Below, piece by piece: positions 1-12,608 of a stretch of 64,000 nucleotides of DNA (position 1 is the stretch's first letter; the number at the start of each line of letters is the position of its first letter). The DNA comes from Octopus sinensis (Eukaryota), in NCBI RefSeq assembly GCF_006345805.1, contig NC_043009.1, positions 15,376,001 to 15,440,000 of the forward strand, read 5' to 3'. Under the pieces are notes generated by a model, which saw only the letters and a program-made list of their open reading frames with translations, did no database searches and was not told the DNA's origin. A program made the position numbers and the translations under genes.

Positions 1-208
1 TAAAAGAATTTGAATTTTGTGTATGATTTTATAATTTTTGTCATTTAAAAAAAATTTGCTCAATTTCATTGAAACAGGTTGTTCATTCTAGAACACCCTG
101 TATGGTGTAGCGTTGTTAGTTGTTGCGTTTTCTCGTCGTAAACCACATCTTTTTGTTAAGCATATTGTATAAAGAAGTATATTATCCAAAATGTATCTCT
201 CCTTTTAA

Positions 209-321
209 GGTGTGGCTGTATGGTTGAGAAGCTTGCTTTCCAACCAAGTCGCCTTGGATTCAGTCCCACTGTGCAGCAGGTTGGGCAATGCAATTAGGGC
301 TCCGTGCCGACCAAAGCCTTG
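209..321 (+). mobile_element. 5' part of tRNA-derived SINE (family C: gtggctgtgtggtaag...gccgaccaaagccttgt)
   Basis: A-box-like ggtgtggctgtatgg and B-box-like ggattcagtccc; matches copies at 21663 and 29868. Confidence 0.6.
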
Positions 322-1349
322 TATATTATATAATTGCCATTACTGTATTGATATATAAAATAAAACATGCAACTCACTTATTATTGTCAAGTGTATATAT
401 ATAAAATCCTATGTCCCTCTGCATGTCTGTTTGTTCCAAGTGCGCTCTCAAACGGCCCCACCAAATCAAATCAATTTTTGCAAAGTAATAGTATCACTCC
501 CCACGTGTGTCAAAATGTATTTTTTCATTTCCATTAAAACAATATAACATTTCATGCACATAATCTTTCTATAGTCATCTATAGTACAATACATTTTATA
601 TGAGTGAATATGCGTCTGTGTGTGTGTATGTGTTTGCGCATCGGATACGTACGAGATAGTAAAGGACATTTTACACCACGACGACGGCGGTGTCACCATT
701 TGTATGTGCGTGTATATGTCTCTGTGAGTGTATGTGTGTGGGTATATGAGTGTGTATGTTTCTCTGACTGTGTGTTTCCATATTAGGTACGTTATTAAAC
801 ATACACACACATCTACACATAAATGTGACAACTGCATGAGTGAATGTATGTCTTTTGAGTCTTTTACTACATGTATATGACTGTGTGTCAGAGTGTACGC
901 GTGCGCATCGTCTCATTTTGTATATGCATGTGTTTGTGTATGTTACTGTTTGTGTGTTTGCATACCCGTTACGTAAGTTATAAAACACACGCATACATCG
1001 ACACATACATATACATATCTGACAAGAATGGTTGGAGGTGAAACTCTTGACAAAATACCATTAGGTGCATATCAATTAGGTGTATATCAAAATACACCAT
1101 TCAATTAGCAGTTCATAATTATCGCAGACGTTGCAAGGTTGCAAGTTAGTTACAGTTTGCTTATAATTGGTTAAATTACACTGCATACAAAAATACAGAT
1201 ATACTACATACATACAACTGCTTACAAAATTAGAGACTTATGCATAATTTTATCCTATGGTCATAATTCTTTTTTTAATATTGAAAAGATTGTGTCACCA
1301 AAGAAAAAGCGTGATCTCTCCAGGAAACACCTATAAAGAACGAAGAAGT

Positions 1350-1505
1350 GCAGAAAACTATCTATCCAGATCTTAACAATTATTTCCAGGACCACAATTC
1401 ACGCGGTAGAGATAGCTCTAAGACCCTGTGGAAAGACGTAAGGAGGCATCACATGTCCTTCATTGATGACAACTCCTAAAACCGTGACAGTTGCAGGAAA
1501 ACTAC
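1350..1505 (-). mobile_element. Tc1/mariner (maT/DD37D-like) transposase fragment
   Basis: Minus-strand translation FPATVTVLGVVINEGHVMPPYVFPQGLRAISTA*IVVLEIIVKIWIDS; similar to the element at 20.7 kb. Confidence 0.6.
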
Positions 1506-1672
1506 CTTCAAATAAGATGGATGGTTGCTTTCTCTATGCTCAGATCAATATGTCAGCTATGTTTGCTAACATTTTATTGAGGTCACGACAGAACATTTCA
1601 GAACGCTGCTTTTATATATTGAGTGGTCATTCCCTCTGCACCACAATACATTATATGATATCCTTGGCACGA

Positions 1673-2045
1673 AAGCGGTGAGGTGGCAGAAACGTTAGCA
1701 CGCCGGGCGAAATGCGTAGCCGTATTTTGTCTGCCGTTACGTTGAGTTCAAATTCCTCCGAGGTCGACTTTGCCTTACATCCTTTCGGGGTCGATAAATT
1801 AAGTACCACTTACGCACTGGGGTCAATGTAATTGACTTAATCCGTTTGTCTATCCGTGTTTGTCCCCCTTGTGTTTAACCCCTTGTGGGTAGTAAAGAAA
1901 TAGGTATTTCGTCTGTCTTCACGTTTTGCGTTCAAATTCCGCCGAGGTCGACTTTGCCTTTCATCATTTCGGGGTTGATAAATTAAGTATCGACTGGTCC
2001 CCTCCGCCAAAATTTCGAGCCTTGTGCCTAGAGTAGGAAAGTATT
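1673..2045 (+). mobile_element. Dimeric tRNA-derived SINE (family A) with 12-bp TSD
   Basis: Head gcggtgaggtggcagaaacgttagc, B-box gagttcaaattcc, core gtcgactttgcct..catcctttcggggtcgataaattaagtacc present twice; TSD tccttggcacga at 1661-1672 and 2046-2057. Confidence 0.85.
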
Positions 2046-2399
2046 TCCTTGGCACGACTGAACACATTATATGTAAGCAATAAGCTTATGGCAGTTCTGA
2101 GCAACTACTTACATAAGTATGGCTGACATTCTCAGCATATTCTGTATAATCTTGTGAATGTTGCTCTCATTTTGATGCCTTCCAGAAATATATGCAAGAA
2201 TGAGAAACGTGTAGTGTGGACAGAATAACTGCAGATTTCTCATTTCGGAATATGCTCACTTTTCACATATCTTCATAATAAACTTAACACCTAAATACAC
2301 ACACGCCAGCAGGGATAGCCGGCGTTGCTCAGGATTAAAAACGGCAGAGTTCATATATATATATATTATTACTATGTTGAAACAGGTGATACGGGAAAG

Positions 2400-2865
2400 T
2401 GCAGTATTGACGACAAAATATATGTGGAGTCAATTTGAAAGCTTTGCTTAGCCGACAATTTGAGTTTACCACACCAATTTGGAGAGCATTATCATTTTTA
2501 TAAGAATGGGATGGATCGTATCAGAAAGCAGCTCCAGGTGCTGTGAAGAACGAATTTCTACGTGGTCTGTCGTGCTAAAGGTTGTTTTAATGATTCAGCA
2601 TTTGCTGATTTTGGAAGAGTCTTATCTAACTTCAGCCTTGAGACTCCATCTGATGTGCTGCAGCATACCTGATGTTCAGAAATTCTGCTCTCCCTTCACT
2701 CTTGAGACTGTATTTGACATGCTACAGCATGCGTTCTGTGATCTTTGGAAATTGTCATGTCTCTCCTGTATTGAGACTCCGTCTGACGTGCTGCTGCAGG
2801 CCTTTGCTGATTCTGAGAAAGTCTCATCTCCCTTCTCGCTTGAGACTCTCACCTTCAGTTTTCTG
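2400..2865 (-). mobile_element. Helitron RepHel N-terminal fragment (23-aa repeats + Zn-finger lead-in), pseudogenised
   Basis: ~69-bp repeat (ttgagact at ~2638, 2702, 2771, 2840) translating ESQARREMRLSQNQQRPAAARQT-ESQ..., followed by AAF*YDPSHSYKNDNALQIGVVNSNCRLSKAFK. Confidence 0.6.
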
Positions 2866-3210
2866 CACTAATTCTCCAGATCTCAATTCAATGGCCTATT
2901 ATATGTGCAGCGTTGTTGAGAGAGAGGACAATGAACAGGCCCATAACACCAAAGCTTCTTTGAAAGCTGCCATAGTCAGAGCAATATCTAAAATGAACCA
3001 GGACCACTTGAATCGTGCATGTACATTATTTTAGATCTCATATAGAAGCAGTTGTTGAAGCTAAAAAGGCCTTTATTGAATAACATTATAGAAAAGAAAG
3101 TTTATTTTTATCTTCAAAGCATTTTTTGATAAAGAAAGTTATGTGTTATTATATATCTGTTATTCTTTTTATAAACATAAATCTGTTCTGAAATATCTTA
3201 CGCACCTCAT
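2866..3210 (+). mobile_element. 3' end of maT/DD37D-like Tc1/mariner element
   Basis: NSPDLNSMAYYMCSVVERED...HNTKASLKAAIVRA...LNRAC; ends tcttacgcacctca followed by TA. Confidence 0.65.
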
Positions 3211-3230
3211 ATATATATATATATATATAT

Positions 3231-3560
3231 ATGGTATTAGAATTTCCGAGACTAGTTTTGAAGCACGCCAGCAGGTGACAGCACATTGTTAAGTGCGCAG
3301 TGACAGCAAGCAGTGACGCACATGAGGCAACGTGCTGAGTAACATCACTATGTTTTCCTTGCAAATTGTTAAATTTGTGTTTCTGTGATCATTACATGCT
3401 GTAATCTGCAGTGTTTTTCATGGACAAGAAGTTGGAGCAAATTCTGCTTCAAACTTGGGTCATCTACTGCAGATACATTGAACATGTTTTGATAAACTTA
3501 TGGCAAAGATGCAATAAGTCGTACGCAATGTTTCGAAAGAAACGGGAGCTTCACAAGGCA
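3231..3560 (+). mobile_element. 5' part of mariner (DD34D-type) element
   Basis: Frameshifted MDKKLEQ..FCFKLGSSTADTLNM...YGKDAISRTQCFE (N-terminal HTH); related to the element at 30686. Confidence 0.6.
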
Positions 3561-4421
3561 CGTCTACGGTGCAGCTCAATCAAAAGCATACATATGTACA
3601 TTTGTTAGTGTATATTAGAGATAATATGAATTGTAGATTTATGTGTCCGTGGCGCTGCCCTGTAATAGTCACTAATGATATTCTGGTAAGATATTGAGAG
3701 CTTATTCACTTATACGTTTTGTATGTAGTCGTGTTTCCATTTGCCTTCACTCTCAATAACTTGCACTTAGATTCCGTCTCCTGTTATTCATTATTCTGCT
3801 ACCGTTAATATAGTATTTCAGTCCATAAAACTTACAAAATGTCCCCTGCGTAAATAATTATTTACACTCCAAAGAAAATATATTGCATCAATGCATTATC
3901 CTCAAATATTTTTACTAGATTATGTTCAATAGTATCTTATCTTTTACTTTAATTTTGAGCTGTAGCAGGGATTTGCAACGTTACATGATATAATATGGGA
4001 GACCATATTTTGTCGTTCCAATTTCTGGGTTTGCATTTCTTCTTCGAATACCATATATTAGGAGAGATAGCTGTAAACTAATTTTAATTCAATATAAGAG
4101 TAAGAGCCAAAAAATGTTCTTTTTCCTTGTATCATCAGTTTTCTATGTTAACTGGAAAGTGTAAATAATTCTAGACATCATACAAAATAGACACAAGTCC
4201 CATAAAGCTATCGCCGACACTCTGTTACTGATTAAAATAACGAAAATTGAAGGTTTCTTACCATACGTTAGGAGCAAAATAAAAACGAATTTATTAAATG
4301 AATGAAAAATATTGAATCAATCTCGAATGAAGAAGAAATATTTAAAGTAAGATATAGTATTGCAAAGTAAATCAGTCTTTCGTTACAAAGCCTTTAGGGT
4401 ATATTCAGACAAAACAAGTAT

Positions 4422-4435
4422 GAACAACAACAACA

Positions 4436-4466
<31 letters not shown>

Positions 4467-4588
4467 TGATAATAATAATAATAATAATGATAATACTAAT
4501 ACTAATAATAATAATAATAATAATAATGTTAATAATGATAATAATAATAATAATGTTAATAATGATAATGATAATAATAATAATAATG

Positions 4589-4623
<35 letters not shown>

Positions 4624-4756
4624 AATAATGATAATAATAATAATAATAATGATAATAATAATAATAATAATGATAATAATAATGATAATACTCATGATAA
4701 TAATAATAATAATAATAATGATAATAATAATAATAATGATAATAATAATAATAATG

Positions 4757-4793
<37 letters not shown>

Positions 4794-4795
4794 TG

Positions 4796-4889
<94 letters not shown>

Positions 4890-4972
4890 TAATAATAATG
4901 ATAATAATCATGATAATAATAATAATAATGATAATAATAGTGATAATAATCATGATAATAATAATAATAATA
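4422..4972. repeat. (AAT)n microsatellite with GAT/CAT interruptions; upstream target of the Dong-like element
   Basis: Directly visible. Confidence 0.98.
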
Positions 4973-7520
4973 AATAGAAGTCACTGCAGCACCAACGGCA
5001 GAAGAATTGGAAGAATTCTGGGGAGAAATATGGTCGGCCAACGAACCACCAAAAAAAAGGAGTATCAAAATAACAAACTCGGCATCTGAACAAACTTGGA
5101 CCCCCATAACAACTGAAGAGGTCACCCAGGCACTGCAAAGACTAAGCAACTGGAAGGCACCTGGGCATGACAAGATCCCCAACTTCTGGTTGAAATATCT
5201 AACAGGAATGCACAAAAAGCTGGCTGAAAACTTTAACAACGTACTAGCAGAGCCAGAGACAATGCCTGAATGGCTCACGAAGGGGAAAACCATCTTAATT
5301 CCCAAATCAAATGAAACAGAAAAACCAGAAAACTACAGACCAATAACCTGCCTCCCTACTATGTTCAAGGCATTTACTGCAGTGATATCACAAAGGCTGA
5401 ACAAGCACCTGGACGAAAACAAACTGTTCCCAGAAGAGCAGAAAGGATGCCGCAAAGGCTCATATGGCTGTAAAGATCAACTAATGATTAATAAAGCCAT
5501 AACTGAAGACAGCCACAGAAAGAAGAAAGGCCTCAGTATGGCCTGGATTGACTACAAAAAGGCGTTTGATAGCATCCCCCACACATGGATCCTCGAAACA
5601 CTAGCCATTAACAAAGTAGCACCAACAATCATAAAATTCATAGAGCACTCTATGAATAAATGGCAAACAGTCCTACACCTCCAAACAAAAGAGGTACTCA
5701 TGAAAACCAAAGACATCCCCATTAGAAGAGGAATATTCCAGGGAGACACGCTCTCTCCACTCCTTTTCTGCTTGGCACTGTCACCTCTATCTGATATGCT
5801 AAATAGAACTGGATGCGGATATAAATGTTACGGCAAAACGATCAGCCACCTTTTATATATGGATGACCTAAAACTATACGCTGCAAATGACAAACAGCTG
5901 GAAACACTATTAAAGACAGTTCATGGATTTACCAAAGAAATAGATATGAAATTTGGATTAGAAAAATGCGCCAAAGTAACCATGAAAAGAGGAAAACTAG
6001 TTAAGAGTAACAACATCACACTAGATGAAGCAAATGAAATAAAAGAATTAGACCAAAGCCAAACTTACAAATACTTAGGAATCCATGAACTAGATAAGAC
6101 ACAACACACACAAATGAAAGAGAAAATAAAAAAAGAATATTATAGACGAGTTAGATCAATACTAAACACAGAGCTCAATGCTAAAAACAAGATAATAGGT
6201 ATCAACACTTTAGCTGTCCCAGTTATAAGTTACAGCTACAATATCCTTAACTGGACACGAAATGAACTGACCAAAATAGACAGGAAAACAAGAAAAATAA
6301 TGACAGGATCTAGGATGCATCACCCAAAATCTGACATAGAAAGACTATATATACAACGTATAGAAGGTGGTAGAGGCCTTATACAGCTGGAAAACTACTA
6401 TAAAATAACCACCATAGGACTGCAAAAATATCTACTTCAGAAGGAAGGAAAACTGATCCAGATAGCGGCAAAACACGAGCAAAACAAAAAACTGTTCTCA
6501 GTATTTAAGGAAGCTGACAAATACAAACAAGAAATCATACCACCTAATAAACATGAAGAAGAAGAAGAAGATGAAGAAACAACAAAAGCTATAAAAAAAA
6601 TGAAATCCAAACTAAAAATAGAACAGCAACGAACCATGATAAAACGATGGCAAGAAAAGCCCCTTCATGGTAAATACTGGACTAAACTAAACGCAAAAGA
6701 AATAGACAAAGAAAAATCCCAGCAATGGTTGAGAAGCTCAGGACTCAAATCAGAGACAGAGGGATTTTTAATTGCAGCACAAGACCAAAGCCTCCTCACC
6801 AGAAATTACTAAAAACATGTAATGAAAAGAAATATTACAAGTAACTGCAGAATATGTGGAGATGGACAAGAAACAATAAATCATATTATCTCTAGCTGCC
6901 CAGTCCTGGCTAAGAAGGAATATATTCACAGACATGACAGAGTTGGAACTTACATACATTGGAAGCTATGCCAACATTATGGAATAACAACAGAAAAAAG
7001 ATGGTATAGGCACACACCAGAAAAGGTCACAGAAAACGAGAAAGCAACCATACTCTGGGATATGCCGATACACACAGATAGAGAAATTAAGGCCAACAGA
7101 CCAGATATAGTTGTCAGAGACCATGAAGAAAAAAAATGCTTTCTAATTGATGTATCAGTACCGGCAGATGACAACGTGTCTCTAAAAGAAATGGAGAAAC
7201 TCTCAAAATACAAAGACCTGGAAATAGAGGTAACTAGAATGTGGAATCTGAAAACAGAAACAATTCCTATCATAGTAGGTGCATTAGGCATGATAAAAAA
7301 ATATTCAGACAAATACATAACAAAAACACCAGGACTTACAAACACATATAACATACATAAAATTGCACTACTAGGCACTGCACACATCCTACGCAGAACA
7401 CTTTCCATACAATAACCATCAGAGCATCACAACAAATCACAGCACATACCCAAGGCACACAGAGCTGCGCTCGGTAGTGAAGTGAAAGCACGCTATAAAA
7501 ATAAAAATAAAACTACTGAA
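4973..7520 (+). mobile_element. 5'-truncated R4/Dong-clade non-LTR retrotransposon (copy A) inserted in (TAA)n
   Basis: RT + CCHC + restriction-like endonuclease ORF, ~100-bp 3' UTR, (TAA)n on both sides. Confidence 0.92.
4974..7415 (+). pseudogene. RT/CCHC/RLE ORF of Dong-like copy A with a single in-frame TAA at 6810-6812
   Basis: KAPGHD, NYRPITCL, EQKGCR, WIDYKKAFDS, GIFQGDTLSP, LYMDD, YKYLG; ORFs 5007-6812 and 6822-7415 share a frame (RNY*KHVM); CRIC..ETINHIISSC, RHD, RPDIVV..IDV..EKLSKY. Confidence 0.92.
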
Positions 7521-7548
7521 TAATAATAATAATAATAATGATAATAAC

Positions 7549-7583
<35 letters not shown>

Positions 7584-7647
7584 TTATAATAATGATAATA
7601 ACAATAATAATAATAATAATAATAATGATTATAATAATGATAATAAC

Positions 7648-7742
<95 letters not shown>
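7520..7742. repeat. (AAT)n microsatellite at 3' end of Dong-like copy A
   Basis: Directly visible. Confidence 0.98.
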
Positions 7743-7744
<2 letters not shown>

Positions 7745-10453
7745 GGAACACAACAATGACAAGCCAAAAAACAACGGGCGGATAAACATAATTACTATAA
7801 AATAGTTGATTTAGGAGTCACACACACACTACTATGCCACAACCCTCCAAAAGCATACAAGAATAAAGTCATACTGTAGATACCCAACAAAATTAACAAA
7901 ACTCACATGTGCCATAGAAGGCCGATACCCTACAGAAGACAAAACCTATGCTACACAAACAACACACAATATGATAACTAATACAAAAGAAGTCTCAAAA
8001 CCTCATAACATAACGTACGGATATAATACAATATTACCGCCCCCCTCTTAAAAAAGAAAAATGCGGCACAAACCACCGCAAAGGTGCAACAAATAGTGCA
8101 TTATAAAGTTGTTTGAAACTTTTAGATGTTGAAAGATGATAGTGGTGATGACGATGTTGACAAACGTTTCCTTACTTTAGTTTATGAGAGACAGGAGTTT
8201 CCGCAGGACTCTACTTGTAACAGCGAAAATGATGCTGGACCACTAAGGGAAGGCCTCTCACTCGGGAGTGGATCAGTAAAGATGAAGACTGACCGCAGCC
8301 GTCATCCCAATACAGCCTCAGCAGATAATAGAGCCCAGTAGAAGGAAGTAGATTAGCAAAGAAAACCGATTAGTGATACATTGCTACTTAGAAAGTGAAC
8401 CTAAAAGAAGGGGCTGTAGAAAAAAGATGTTAAAACTGTGGGTAGAGAAGGATATGTTTAAAGTGATTGAACAGAGATTAGTTGAGCAGACTAAAGCTAT
8501 TCGGAGAAGAAAAGGGATAACAGAATTGGAGGTAGAATAGATAGCAAGAGAACTGGAAAAGAAAAACCAGAGAGTGGGAAAAACAAGCAACAACGTAAGA
8601 GATACAGCTCAAGACAAAGAATAATTTAACGGGAAAAATAATAACAGCGATATCAATAAGGAAGGGACGACTGGCACCAACAGCTTAAGTGACTTAATTG
8701 AGGAAGATCAGAACATTTTAGATGAGTTACAGTAAAGTAAGAAACAAATTGCCAGAATTAAAAGGCACCAAAAGGCATAAATTACAGGAAATGACTAGGA
8801 CAGTTGATTCTAAAATCAGTAGGCTACATATTAAAAATATAGAAGACACTAACTTAATTATCCATGTAGGAGGAGTAAAAGTCACCCGAAGGTTAGATAT
8901 CTCGCAGGGAGTTCTTAAGAAAAAGCAAATGAGGAAAAAGAGACTACAAAATAAAGTGAAGACTTTAAGACAAGATCTGTGTAAAACAAACAAGTTAGGA
9001 AACTCAAGATGCAAATCTTGCCTCGAGGATAGATACGTCGTCAATGAAACAGGTGTTGTGACAATAACAGAAGATTTCAAACAGCGTATAGTAGCAGGTA
9101 ACCTCTTTAGATATCAGAAAAGAATAGATCAGTATCAACAGAATAGATTGTTTGAGACAGATCAGAAGAGATTTTGCAACCAAATAAATAATGGAGAACG
9201 AAGTCCTGATGATGAGGAAGCTAGAAGATTATGTTGTAATATTTGGGAAAAACCAATCAAACATAATGAAGATGCAGTATGGCAAAATAAAGTGAGGGAA
9301 TAAATAGTGAGTGAGAAGCAGCCAGATATAAGATTAACTAGTGTACTAGTGAGAAGGGTGTTAGGGAAAATGCCAAATTGAAAGGGACAGCACTAGATTT
9401 ATTTCAAGGGTACTGGCTAAAGACATTCAGTAGTTTACATGGGAAACTAAGAGATCAACCTCTGGATTGTCTTAATGGAGAAATAATACCAAATTCGACT
9501 AATAGATGGAGGACGATACTCATTATGAAGGATAAGAGCAAGGGTAATACAGCTAGCAACTATGGGCCAATCATTTGCTTACATTTAGTGTGGAAGCTGT
9601 TAACAGGAATGCTTTTAAAGACATTTACAAGCACCTTGACAACCAAAATTTACTATCGGAATAAAAGAATGTTTTCAGGAAGAAGGTTAGAAGAACTCAT
9701 AATCTATTATATATAGACAAAGTAGTTCTAAATGAAGTAAAAACTAGAAAGGAAAATCTAACAATAGCATATATAGATTATAAGAAAGCATATCACATGA
9801 TCCTACACTCATGGATAAGTGAATGTTTGAGTATATTCAGTATAGCAGACAACATAAGAGAATTAATTAGCTTTAACATGAAGAAATGGAAAGTAGACTT
9901 TACTAAGATGACACATTCTTTGGGAAAGTTAATATAAAAATAGGAATTTCCCCAGGGACTCATTGTCCCCTTTACTATTTGTCTTATGTTTGGTCCTCCT
10001 GTTTAGTATTAAGGAAGGCAAAGGCAGAATATCAGTTCAGAAATAGTAGTAGAAAAGTTAGCCATTAGATAGGTGTGCGATATTAGTCATGAGAAGGGGA
10101 CAGCGAAGGCATCTAATTGCCAGGTGGCCAGAAATTAAAATCATTGAAATGAGGAGAGAGGTATGAGCATCTAGGAGTGTTAAAATCTGACAGAGTACTA
10201 AGTACAGAAATGAAAACGAAAATTGAGGAGTACATCAGAGGGGCGAGGAAGTTAATGAAGTCAAAACTAAATGGTCCGAATCTTGTGAAGGCTGGAAATA
10301 CTTGGGCTGAGTCATTACTCAGATACTCAGCAGCTTTTATAGATTCGACAAAAACTGAATTAGCAAAGATAGACAGAATTAGGAAAGAATTCAATATGAA
10401 TAAAGGAGGTCACCCAAGTGCAGGAGTAGCAAGACTATACCTTCCTAGAAAGG

Positions 10454-10685
10454 CCGATGGCGGCGAGCTGGCAGAAACGTTAGCACGCCAGACGAAATGC
10501 GTAGGCGTATTTCACCTGCCGTTACGTTCTGAGTTCAAATTCCGCCGAGGTCGACTTTGCATTTCATCTTTTCGGGGTCGCTAAATAAAGTACCAGTTTC
10601 GCACTGGGGTCGATGTAATCGACTTAATCCCTTTGTCCTTGTTTGTCTCCTCTATGTTTAGCCCCTTGTGGGCAGTAAAGAAATA
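10454..10685 (+). mobile_element. Family A SINE inserted in Dong copy B with 18-bp TSD
   Basis: TSD tataccttcctagaaagg at 10436-10453 and 10686-10703; removing the insert restores RLYLPRKEGGRGL. Confidence 0.92.
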
Positions 10686-11323
10686 TATACCTTCCTAGAA
10701 AGGAAGGAGGAAGAGGGTTAATATCAGTAAAAGACTGCGTGGAGTGAGCTAGAGTAGATATAGACTCCTATATTGGTAACAGTGAAGAAGTTTATTAAAA
10801 ATGCTAGGATCACAGCAATATATAGGGAAACCAAATCATCAAACGAACTTAAAACCCAGATCAAAAAACAGAAATTACCTGACTGGCAAGAGGAGGCTAT
10901 GCATGGTAGATTCTCGAATATAATTTCAGCAAACAGTAGAAGTTATGGCTGCAGAAAGGAAAGCTGGAGAGGGAGACATAACGTTTGTTAGTAGTTGCAC
11001 AAGATCAAACATTAAGGACGAATTGGATAAAAGCCAAGATAGACAAAAATAACTAAATTCCCAATGTAGATTATGCAAATATCAAAAGAAGAAAGCGTTA
11101 TTTATATAGTAAGTGAATGTAGTATGTTCGCACAGAGGGAATACAACTTTGCTCTCTAGGGAGAGCAATCCACTAGGAGTTATGTAGAGCGCTAAGATTT
11201 GAACATTCTGACAAATGGTATGAACTTGAACCTAGTAAAGTACTAGAAAATAATAAATACAAGACGTTGCGGGACTTTAATATTCAGACTGACGGAGTAA
11301 TAGAAGCTAGAAGGCCTGATTTG

Positions 11324-11356
11324 GTGGTAGTGGTGGTGGTAGTAGTAGTAGTAGTA

Positions 11357-11421
<65 letters not shown>

Positions 11422-11429
11422 TAGTAGTT
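11324..11429. repeat. (GTA/GTG)n microsatellite inside the endonuclease coding sequence
   Basis: Lies between RPDL and VDK. Confidence 0.9.
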
Positions 11430-11796
11430 GATAAAGTGAAGAGATAGTGCCAGATAATTGACTTTACAGTCCCAACTGATGAAAATATGAGAATTATAGA
11501 AAAACTAGCCAAGTACCAGGACCTAGATATCAAATTACAGAAACTACGGAAAGTGCAGGTAAAATGTTTCCCACTAGCTATAGGTGCATTGGGAACTCTC
11601 CCTAGAGATCTGAACAGTTGGATAGAGGGAATAGGCATAAAACCCAGTTTAGCACAGCTGCAGAAAATAGTGTTATTAGGGACATCTAGGATACTTAGGA
11701 GGTTTCTTTGCCTCTAAGGTTACTTGTTTTAACCCAATAGGAGAGCTCTTGGCATCTACATCTACTTGCTTTTCCAACAGTCTTATCTGTTGATTG

Positions 11797-11797
<1 letters not shown>

Positions 11798-11860
<63 letters not shown>

Positions 11861-11902
11861 GTAATAATAATAATAATAGTAATAATAATAATGATGATGA
11901 TG

Positions 11903-11974
<72 letters not shown>

Positions 11975-11985
11975 TAATAATAACA
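11798..11985. repeat. (AAT)n microsatellite at 3' end of Dong copy B
   Basis: Directly visible. Confidence 0.97.
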
Positions 11986-12413
11986 GTAACAGCTTTGTAT
12001 ATAAGATAGTATTAAAGTTGTGATGCAGAAATAATCATGTCTAAATTTATTGGTAGTGAAAAAAATCTAGATTAGAGGAAAAAAATTATTTACGCAGCCA
12101 ATTAACTGATTTTGACAGTCATGTTTCCAAAGCGGAAGTGAATGAAAGTAAATATCGTTTCGTCTGTGTAAGCAACAAACAGCAGATATTTAAGCATTCA
12201 AGCAGACAAAATAAACATGACAGAATTATTTGTAGCTCAATTCAAACTTACGTTGTGTATATATATTGTCCAGTCGTAACGAAATTGATTAAGATCCGAA
12301 ATCGTGATTAGGTAAGACAGCGTTTTATACTAAGCTAGGCGAGACACGACTGTACACCAGACACTTTTTTTGCAAGGTAAGCAAGTGAATACTCACACAA
12401 ATACACACACAAT

Positions 12414-12444
<31 letters not shown>

Positions 12445-12568
12445 CACACAGGCATGTACGTATGTATATATGTGTGTGTGAGGTGTGAGTGTGTATATAT
12501 GTATGTATATGTATGTATGTATATATATATACGCACACATATATATATATATGTATATATATATATGA

Positions 12569-12600
<32 letters not shown>

Positions 12601-12608
12601 ACGTGTGT

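Larger units (their letters stand above)
8100..11797 (+). mobile_element. Near full-length but decayed R4/Dong-clade element (copy B, different subfamily)
   Basis: N-terminal ENRLVIHCYLESEPKRRGCRKKMLKLW..EQRL; RYQKRIDQYQQNRLFETDQKRF; SNYGPIICL; IDYKKAYH; LYLPRK/EGGRGL; RPDLVV..IDFTVP..EKLAKYQDL..LLGTSRILRR; many stops and frameshifts, YMDD region deleted; followed by (TAA)n. Confidence 0.85.

Noticed and set aside
2590-2860. CRISPR-like periodic ttgagact motif
   Set aside because: Units are similar along their length and encode a protein repeat; eukaryotic context, no cas genes
4401-4413. Short match (atattcagacaaa) to 7301-7313 inside Dong A
   Set aside because: Not at the element boundaries, so not a TSD; compatible with chance in AT-rich DNA
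4360-5305. Poly-Asn/Ile/Tyr ORFs
   Set aside because: Translations of the (AAT)n array
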